From Bacteroidaceae bacterium (GTDB taxonomy: Bacteria; Bacteroidota; Bacteroidia; Bacteroidales; Paludibacteraceae), in NCBI GenBank assembly GCA_963619325.1, contig CAVEVQ010000007.1, positions 12,612 through 76,611 of the forward strand: a stretch of DNA of 64,000 bases. The letters run 5' to 3'. The notes beneath the pieces were generated by a model that saw nothing but the letters and a program-made list of their open reading frames with translations, was not told where the DNA came from and searched no databases. The position numbers and the translations under genes were made by a program. Below, one piece after another: positions 57,505 to 64,000 of this stretch (the first letter of the stretch is position 1; each line of letters opens with the position of its first letter).

Positions 57505-57551
57505 AAAAATAAAACGGAGAGAGAAAAATCTTTCAACTCTCCTCTCTCCGT
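57503..57551 (-). terminator. rho-independent terminator of clpB
   Basis: 9-10-bp stem (a)cggagagag / ctctctccg(t) at 57514-57523 / 57542-57551, followed on the minus strand by uuuuauuuuuu. Confidence 0.65.
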
Positions 57552-57600
57552 TTTCTGTTAATTATTTTAATTAATTTTCAAATAATTGATTATCATAAAA

Positions 57601-60192
57601 TTAATTTTCAAACGCTAATCCTTCGCCTTTCTTCTCAACTACTATTGGCTTTTCCCGATTGACTGTCTGTGCCAACAACGCCTTAGACAGGTCATTGAGC
57701 AAATACTTCTGGATAACTCGCTTGATTGGTCTCGCACCAAACTGAGGATCGTATCCTACCTCGGCGATGAAATTTCGAGCATCCTCTGTCACTCTCAACT
57801 CTACACCGTTGTCTTTCAACATCTTATAGATAGAATCAATCTGCAAGTCAACAATTCTGCGAGTCTCAGCCTTCGACAATGGAGTAAACATGATAATCTC
57901 ATCGATACGATTCAAGAATTCTGGTCGAATAGTTTGTTTCAACATATTCAAGACAGTATTCTTAGCATCCTCAATCACTTGATCATGGTTTGCTGGCGTC
58001 AAATTCTCAAATTTTTCACGAATAATATCCGACCCCAAATTAGAAGTCATAATGATAATCGTGTTCTTGAAGTTGACCAATCTTCCCTTGTTATCCGTCA
58101 ATCGTCCATCGTCCAAAACCTGCAACAAAGTGTTGAACACGTCAGGATGGGCTTTTTCTATCTCATCAAACAAGACAACTGAGTATGGTTTACGTCGGAT
58201 GGCTTCGGTCAACTGACCTCCCTCATCGTAACCAACATATCCCGGAGGCGCTCCGATGAGTCGTGTAACGGAGAATTTCTCCTGATACTCTGACATATCG
58301 ATTCTCGTCATCATACTCTCATCATCGAACAAAAATTCTGCCAATGCCTTCGCTAACTCTGTTTTTCCTACACCTGTAGTACCTAAGAAAATGAACGAAC
58401 CAATTGGTCGCTTAGGGTCTTGCAATCCAGCACGACTACGACGGACGGCATCAGCCACAGCAGTAATCGCCTCATCCTGACCAACCACACGTTTGTGCAA
58501 CTCCTCTTCCAAATGCAACAGTTTGTCTTTCTCGCTCTGTAACATCTTGGAAACTGGTATGCCTGTCCATTTAGAAACGACATCTGCAATATCATCTGCG
58601 CAAACCTCCTCTTTCACCAAAGCGGAGTTGGTTTGAATCTCAGCCAGTTTCTTCTTGATTTCCTCAATCTTAGCCTCCGCCTCCTTTATTCGACCATATC
58701 GGATCTCGGCTACTTTTCCGTAGTTACCTTCTCGCTCAGCGCGGTCGGCTTGGAAACGCAAATCCTCAATCTGACTCTTCAACTGTTGCTGTTCGTCAAC
58801 CAACGATTTCTCAGAAGTCCACTTAGCACGAATCTGTTGAGCCTGTTCCTTCAACTCTGCAATCTCTTTGCCCAGTTGCTCCAACTTGGCAGTATCATTC
58901 TCACGTTTAATCGCCTCTCGCTCTATCTCCAACTGCTTAATCTCTCGCTCCTTATTATCCAACTCTTCAGGAGAAGAATTGATTTCCATACGAAGTTTTG
59001 CAGCCGCCTCATCAATCAAATCAATAGCCTTATCAGGCAAGAAACGGTCAGTGATATACCTTGTGGAAAGCTGAACGGCAGCAATGATTGCCTCATCCTT
59101 GATACGTACTTGGTGGTGGTTCTCATAACGCTCCTTCAATCCACGCAAAATAGAAATTGAATCTGCTTCATCAGGTTCGTTGACCATCACGATTTGGAAA
59201 CGACGCTCCAACGCCTTATCCTTCTCAAAGTATTTCTGATACTCGTCGAGAGTAGTAGCTCCGATTGACCTCAGTTCGCCACGCGCCAAGGCTGGTTTCA
59301 AAATGTTGGCTGCATCCATTGCGCCGTCACCTTTGCCTGCACCCACCAAGGTATGGATCTCATCAATGAACAAGATAATCTCACCATTCGCCTTAATCAC
59401 CTCGTTGACTACAGCCTTCAAACGCTCCTCAAACTCGCCTTTGTATTTCGCTCCGGCAATGATGGCACCCATATCCAAAGAGTAAATCTGTTTACTCTTC
59501 AGATTTTCAGGCACATCGCCACGCACAATACGTTGTGCAAGTCCCTCTGCAATAGCCGTTTTACCCGTACCAGGCTCACCAATCAAGATTGGGTTGTTTT
59601 TAGTACGACGACTCAAAATCTGTAATACCCTACGGATTTCTTCGTCTCGACCAATCACAGGATCCAACTTGCCAGACCGCGCTTTTTCGTTCAAATTGAT
59701 GGCGTAACGATTCAACGAATCATAATTGCCCTCTGCCGAAGCGTCAGTTACCTTATTGCCCTTTCTCAACTCCTGAATGGCTTGGCGAAGAGCCTTCTCT
59801 GTCAAACCAGCATCCTTCAACAAGGTGGAAACAGAACTCTTTTCAACCAAAAGAGCCAACAGAATATATTCCAAAGAAACAAACTGATCGCCATCTTCTT
59901 TAGAAATGTTTTCTGCTTTTAAAAGAACTGCGTTTGCCTCATTAGACAAGTAAGGCTCGCCACCTCCACTCACCCTTGGCAAAGACTCCAACATCTTTTC
60001 AGAAGCAGTATTCAACATTGAAACATTCACACCCGTCTTGTTAAACAAGAACTGAGTAACATTATCACCTAACTTCAAGACGCTCCGAAGCAAGTGAACA
60101 GGCTCGATCGCCTGTTGATTCTTGCTTTGCGCAAGATTCACGGACTCCCGAACGACCTCCTGACTTTTAATTGTATATTTATCGAAATTCAT
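57601..60192 (-). CDS. clpB: ATP-dependent chaperone ClpB
   Basis: 863 aa. Clp N domain, two AAA+ modules (GEPGTGKTA; GTTGVGKTE) and a long middle coiled-coil. Confidence 0.96.
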   Translation of the reverse strand: MNFDKYTIKSQEVVRESVNLAQSKNQQAIEPVHLLRSVLKLGDNVTQFLFNKTGVNVSMLNTASEKMLESLPRVSGGGEPYLSNEANAVLLKAENISKEDGDQFVSLEYILLALLVEKSSVSTLLKDAGLTEKALRQAIQELRKGNKVTDASAEGNYDSLNRYAINLNEKARSGKLDPVIGRDEEIRRVLQILSRRTKNNPILIGEPGTGKTAIAEGLAQRIVRGDVPENLKSKQIYSLDMGAIIAGAKYKGEFEERLKAVVNEVIKANGEIILFIDEIHTLVGAGKGDGAMDAANILKPALARGELRSIGATTLDEYQKYFEKDKALERRFQIVMVNEPDEADSISILRGLKERYENHHQVRIKDEAIIAAVQLSTRYITDRFLPDKAIDLIDEAAAKLRMEINSSPEELDNKEREIKQLEIEREAIKRENDTAKLEQLGKEIAELKEQAQQIRAKWTSEKSLVDEQQQLKSQIEDLRFQADRAEREGNYGKVAEIRYGRIKEAEAKIEEIKKKLAEIQTNSALVKEEVCADDIADVVSKWTGIPVSKMLQSEKDKLLHLEEELHKRVVGQDEAITAVADAVRRSRAGLQDPKRPIGSFIFLGTTGVGKTELAKALAEFLFDDESMMTRIDMSEYQEKFSVTRLIGAPPGYVGYDEGGQLTEAIRRKPYSVVLFDEIEKAHPDVFNTLLQVLDDGRLTDNKGRLVNFKNTIIIMTSNLGSDIIREKFENLTPANHDQVIEDAKNTVLNMLKQTIRPEFLNRIDEIIMFTPLSKAETRRIVDLQIDSIYKMLKDNGVELRVTEDARNFIAEVGYDPQFGARPIKRVIQKYLLNDLSKALLAQTVNREKPIVVEKKGEGLAFEN

Positions 60193-60547
60193 ACTCTATA
60201 TAATTTTTTGCGTTTTACAATTTGTTGTCTATCACAAAATACTAAACAATCTCTCCTCCTTCTTTATTTACGTTTCTTTCTCATCGCTTAACATCTACTT
60301 TGTTACAAAATTGATGCCACTCTATTATTACGATATTCGCAATGACAAATTGACACTGTATTTTTCAAATGCACTGACAAATTGTCAGATTATCAATGTT
60401 TTATGTCAGAAGAAAGCACAAAAACAGCAACAACAGAATAATATAACTGAAGAACTATCTTGAAAATAAGTTCTTAAAAAAACAAAACAGACAAGCAAAT
60501 AGCACGAAATTCCTTTTCGTATAGCCGTATGAGAAGAGAAAAAATCT

Positions 60548-60555
60548 TAATTTTG
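60548..60555 (+). promoter_or_regulatory. candidate -7 promoter element (TAATTTTG) for nusB-yajC-ybbR-coaE
   Basis: Exact TAnnTTTG, 28 nt upstream of the ATG at 60583. Confidence 0.35.
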
Positions 60556-60582
60556 CATTTGATTTCGTAGAATTAAGAAGAG

Positions 60583-61533
60583 ATGATAAACAGAAACCTA
60601 CTCAGAATTAAAATCATCCAAATCCTTTATTCCTATTATAAGAATAACAAGGAGGAAAATGATTTTACCGCGGCTCAGAACGAGCTGATGCAGAGCATAG
60701 ACAAGACGTACGAATTGTACCACTACTTTTTCCAATTGATAATCAACATCACGGAGTTGGCGAAAAAACGTCAAACAAGGAAATCGATTGCTGTTGCAGA
60801 GCGCGAGCTTTACGTAGCACTGGCAAACAATCGTTTTGTCAAACAATTAGAGCAGAATGAGGATTTAAAGAAATACATAGAAGAAAACGAAATCGACTGG
60901 TCTACAGAAGATCTCAACGCCACAGACGAGATTCTAAAGCAAATCATTGCCTCCGACATTCTCAAAGAATATATGAAGTCAGAACGCTCTTATAAAGAAG
61001 ATAAAGAATTGTGGCGCAACATAGTAAAAAAACAAATTTCTGAATGTGAGTTGCTTGGCAAAGAATTAGAGGACATGTGCATCTATTGGAATGATGACGC
61101 AGAAATTGTTCTGAGCTTCGTCAGCAAAACAATCCGTAATTTTGAAGAGGAAGCTGGAGCGAACCAACGCCTTATGCCTAAATACAGAGACAAAGAAGAC
61201 GAGCGTTTCGCACTAAAGCTCTATAAAAATACGATTTACAATGCCAACGAATACAAAGAGCTTATCACAAAACACATTCAAAATTGGGATGTTGACAGAG
61301 TCGCTTTCTTAGACATTATCATTATGCAGATGGCATTGGCTGAGATTTGCTCTTTTCCATCCATTCCCGTAAATGTCTCTATGAGCGAATACCTTGAGTT
61401 GGCCAAGGCATACAGCACGCCACGAAGCAGCAATTTCGTCAACGGTGTGTTAGACGCTGTAGTAAAAGAGCTGCAGGCAGAAAATAAATTAACCAAAGTT
61501 GCTTATATTAGTAATTACAATAAAAACGATTAA
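60583..61533 (+). CDS. nusB: transcription antitermination factor NusB (long Bacteroidota form)
   Basis: 316 aa. N-terminal RIKIIQILYSY and a C-terminal NusB core (VAFLDIIIMQMALAEI, EYLELAKAYSTPRSSNFVNGVLD). Confidence 0.85.
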   Translation: MINRNLLRIKIIQILYSYYKNNKEENDFTAAQNELMQSIDKTYELYHYFFQLIINITELAKKRQTRKSIAVAERELYVALANNRFVKQLEQNEDLKKYIEENEIDWSTEDLNATDEILKQIIASDILKEYMKSERSYKEDKELWRNIVKKQISECELLGKELEDMCIYWNDDAEIVLSFVSKTIRNFEEEAGANQRLMPKYRDKEDERFALKLYKNTIYNANEYKELITKHIQNWDVDRVAFLDIIIMQMALAEICSFPSIPVNVSMSEYLELAKAYSTPRSSNFVNGVLDAVVKELQAENKLTKVAYISNYNKND

Positions 61534-61535
61534 AC

Positions 61536-61859
61536 ATGATTGAGGCTATAGTCTTACAAGCGCCGCAAGGTGGTCAGTCAGGATGGATGTCTATCTTAAT
61601 GATGGTATTGATTTTCGTAGTGTTCTATTTCTTTATGATTCGTCCGCAACAAAAGAAACAAAAGGAATTACAAAATTTCCGCGATTCTCTGATGGTGGGC
61701 GACAAAGTGCTTATCAACGGAGGCATCCAGGGGAAAATAAAGACCGTTAACGATGGCACTGTCGTAGTGGAAATCGCAAACAACGTCAACGTTACTGTGA
61801 TGAAAGAAGCCATCATCGCCGACCCTACTTCCGTGAAAAGCGCAGAGGTTCAAAAATAA
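61536..61859 (+). CDS. yajC: preprotein translocase subunit YajC
   Basis: 107 aa, single TM. YajC motif FYFFMIRPQQKKQKE ... GDKVLINGGIQGKI. Confidence 0.9.
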   Translation: MIEAIVLQAPQGGQSGWMSILMMVLIFVVFYFFMIRPQQKKQKELQNFRDSLMVGDKVLINGGIQGKIKTVNDGTVVVEIANNVNVTVMKEAIIADPTSVKSAEVQK

Positions 61860-61883
61860 ATCTCATAAACATAGTTTTTGGAC

Positions 61884-62873
61884 ATGCTGTCAGAAGATTT
61901 AGAAAATGAGTTTCAGAAGCAACTCAACGTTGTAAAGAAATTCTTGCTTAGCAAGGATTTGCTCATTTTTATTTTCTTCTTGTTTGTTTCTGCCTCGTTG
62001 TGGGTGTTGAAAGCACTCAATAAGAAATATGAAACAATGGCATTCGTACCAGTCTACTATGTTAACAAACCAAATGGCTACGTCGTTACGAACGAATTAC
62101 CAGAGTCCCTCTACGTCACATTAGTTGGGCAAGGGACTAACTTGATAAAATGTAGATGGGGAGGGGAATTTCACCCACTCCCCATTGACTTATCCATCAT
62201 CGCCAATGGCAAGCGGTCAATTTCATCTCAATCGCTTCTGAATGTTTTGCAGAAACAGGTTCACTCTGAAATAGAAATCACAAAAGTAGGGCCAGATTCT
62301 ATCATTTTTGAAGTGGAACGATTGGCAGAAAAAGAAATTCCCGTCAAAGTAAGGGGGCAATATGATTTGGCACAGCAATACTGTAACGTTGATACAATGA
62401 CGATAAGTCCAACAAAAGTTATCGCATATGGTCCTCAAAGCACATTGGATAGTTTAGAGTTTGCCGCAACGGAAGAGACCATTGTATCAGACATAAAAGA
62501 CTCTATGGTAGTAAAAGTAAAGTTATGCAATATACCATTAGTGTTCTTTTCTGATTCACTCATTAATTTGGGATTTAAAACAGAACGTTTCACAGAAAAA
62601 ACCATACAAGCACCTATTTCTGTAGCCAACCTGCCAGAGGATAGAGTTTTGAGAATCTTTCCTTCCAACGTGTCGGTTCAATTTAAAGTGGCTCTCAGTC
62701 ACTACGAACGTTTGGATGCCTCCTCGTTCTCTTTCTACGTCGATTATGACGAAGCAAAAACAGGTGTGAAAAAATTAAAAATACAACAAAAAAATCCACC
62801 CGCAGACGCATTCGGTGTGAAATTAGACCCCGATATGATAGACTACATCATTGAAGAGAGACTGAAAGATTAA
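61884..62873 (+). CDS. YbbR-like domain protein
   Basis: N-terminal TM (LLIFIFFLFVSASLWVL) followed by repeated beta-rich modules. The position between yajC and coaE matches the usual Bacteroidales arrangement. Start set to ATG 61884 (the track start at 61878 is TTG). Confidence 0.55.
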   Translation: MLSEDLENEFQKQLNVVKKFLLSKDLLIFIFFLFVSASLWVLKALNKKYETMAFVPVYYVNKPNGYVVTNELPESLYVTLVGQGTNLIKCRWGGEFHPLPIDLSIIANGKRSISSQSLLNVLQKQVHSEIEITKVGPDSIIFEVERLAEKEIPVKVRGQYDLAQQYCNVDTMTISPTKVIAYGPQSTLDSLEFAATEETIVSDIKDSMVVKVKLCNIPLVFFSDSLINLGFKTERFTEKTIQAPISVANLPEDRVLRIFPSNVSVQFKVALSHYERLDASSFSFYVDYDEAKTGVKKLKIQQKNPPADAFGVKLDPDMIDYIIEERLKD

Positions 62874-62899
62874 TCATTTTTTTTATTTACAAATATTGA

Positions 62900-63490
62900 A
62901 TGATGCGATTAGGAATAACAGGAGGAATTGGTTCAGGGAAGTCCATCGTTTCCGAAGTTTTAAGAATCAAGGGCATACCCGTTTATAATGCAGACGAAGA
63001 GGCAAAACGTCTCATGATAGAGGACGGAAAGTTGCGCAGTCAGCTAATGCAGTTATTAGGGAACGACATCTATTTTGCAGACGGGACATTAGATAAAAAG
63101 AGAATCGCCTCCATGATATTCTCAAATCAAAATTTACTGACTCAAGTCAATCATACAGTACATCCTGCAGTGGGAAAGGATTTTTTGAGGTGGGAGCAAA
63201 CGGAAATGCAAAAATCACCAAAAATCATTGCGTTGGAATCCGCTATCCTTTTCGAATCAAAATTAGACATAAAATTTGACAAGATGCTCTTAGTGTACGC
63301 TCCGTTGGACATTCGTATAAAAAGAGTGATGAAACGCGACACTGCCACGTTAGAGCAGGTGCAAGCCCGTGTCAGAAACCAATCGGAAGAAGGGGACAAA
63401 AGGACAAAAGCCGATTTTATAATTGAAAATGGAAATTTACAGGCTATTCTTCCGCAGATTAATCAAATATTAGATCTATTGACTAAATAA
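62900..63490 (+). CDS. coaE: dephospho-CoA kinase
   Basis: 196 aa. P-loop GITGGIGSGKS, CoaE pattern. Confidence 0.92.
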   Translation: MMRLGITGGIGSGKSIVSEVLRIKGIPVYNADEEAKRLMIEDGKLRSQLMQLLGNDIYFADGTLDKKRIASMIFSNQNLLTQVNHTVHPAVGKDFLRWEQTEMQKSPKIIALESAILFESKLDIKFDKMLLVYAPLDIRIKRVMKRDTATLEQVQARVRNQSEEGDKRTKADFIIENGNLQAILPQINQILDLLTK

Positions 63491-63526
63491 AACAGTGGAT
63501 AATTAATAAATAGAAATATTTTGAAT

Positions 63527-64000
63527 ATGAAAAAGATAGCATTAGTAACAGGAGCAAGTTCTGGTATTGGACTACAATACGCCACCGAATTAGCAAGACA
63601 AAAATATAATCTATTATTGGTGAGTAATCAAGAAAAAGAAATACAAGAGACAGCGACGAAACTGCACAACGATTTTGGAATTGAGACAGAGGCAGTCTAC
63701 AAGGATTTATCGGAAGAAAATGCCGCAGAAGAACTACATACCCATTGCATAAATCAAGGATATGAAGTGGACATATTAATCAATAATGCAGGAGTCTTTT
63801 TCTTTAACGCATTCAATAACACTAATCTACCACGAATAGAATTAATGCTCAATCTACATGTAAAAACTTTGAGCAAGATGTGCTGGTATTTCGGTAACGA
63901 CATGAAAAAAAGAGGCTTCGGCTATATTCTAAATATGTCATCTATGTCTGCTTGGATGGCTATGCCAGGAATCAGCGTATATAATGCCACAAAAGCCTAT
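63527..64000 (+). CDS. SDR family oxidoreductase (N-terminal 158 codons; runs off right edge)
   Basis: My own translation from ATG 63527: MKKIALVTGASSGIGLQYATELARQKYNLLLVSNQEKE...ILINNAGVFFF...MSSMSAWMAMPGISVYNATKAY. It has TGxxxGIG, NNAG and YxxxK motifs. Not in the ORF track because there is no stop in the window. Confidence 0.85.
   Translation, partial: MKKIALVTGASSGIGLQYATELARQKYNLLLVSNQEKEIQETATKLHNDFGIETEAVYKDLSEENAAEELHTHCINQGYEVDILINNAGVFFFNAFNNTNLPRIELMLNLHVKTLSKMCWYFGNDMKKRGFGYILNMSSMSAWMAMPGISVYNATKAY

Noticed and set aside
58633-59160. 175-aa plus-strand ORF inside clpB, and similar shadow ORFs (e.g. 28788-29285 in dcu, 24077-24445 and 24574-24975 in oadB, 25596-25940 in oadA, 12988-13362 in the permease, 21163-21579 in lptF/G)
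   Set aside because: All lie antisense to, or out of frame within, strongly supported conserved genes. Their composition is low-complexity and Leu/Ser/Ile-rich, typical of frame shadows.
63494-63502. Near-consensus DnaA box (AGTGGATAA)
   Set aside because: It is a single 8/9 match in a 36-bp gap between coaE and an SDR gene. An isolated box is expected by chance.
1-64000. tRNA, rRNA, tmRNA, RNase P or other structured RNA genes
   Set aside because: Every gap longer than 150 bp (8655-9113, 27275-27553, 43368-43600, 45625-45804, 51093-51256, 55478-55670, 60193-60582) is AT-rich. None shows cloverleaf-like or GC-rich multi-helix pairing by eye.

Overview
This is a 64-kb, tightly packed chromosomal segment from a low-GC Bacteroidota genome. 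It is most consistent with a T9SS-bearing Bacteroidales organism (Prevotella-like). The taxon clues are a T9SS C-terminal sorting domain, a eukaryote-type GT3 glycogen synthase, a ~316-aa NusB, an HU/SPOR fusion protein, DUF4294, and a recurrent TAnnTTTG -7 promoter motif. I support about 58 protein-coding genes, including the replication initiator dnaA. I see no rRNA, tRNA, CRISPR array, transposase or integrase. Most of the content is housekeeping: tsaD, panB, nudC, an S41 protease, asnA, adk, hpt, tgt, yhhQ, lptF/G, hisB, clpB, nusB, yajC, coaE, mlaD, an amidase and lptD. There is also a clear sodium-bioenergetic theme: the oadGAB Na+-pumping oxaloacetate decarboxylase, NhaD, two tandem NSS symporters and a Dcu C4-dicarboxylate carrier. 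Glycogen genes (GT3 synthase and GT35 phosphorylase) are present. The parts worth a second look are:
1. A five-gene envelope cluster (38.9-43.4 kb) built around a bacterial VTC polyphosphate-polymerase-like protein, with a DUF4956 membrane protein, an OM barrel and a YejM/PbgA-like enzyme.
2. A gene pair encoding a ComEA-like HhH domain fused to a large OM beta-barrel (34.4-37.2 kb).
3. An HU-fold/SPOR gene followed 3 nt later by a very acidic DUF4375 (DNA-mimic-family-like) gene.
4. A low-GC type II R-M pair wedged between glgP and clpB.
All family names come from motif and architecture recognition by eye, with no database search. Start codons and promoter or terminator calls are predictions.
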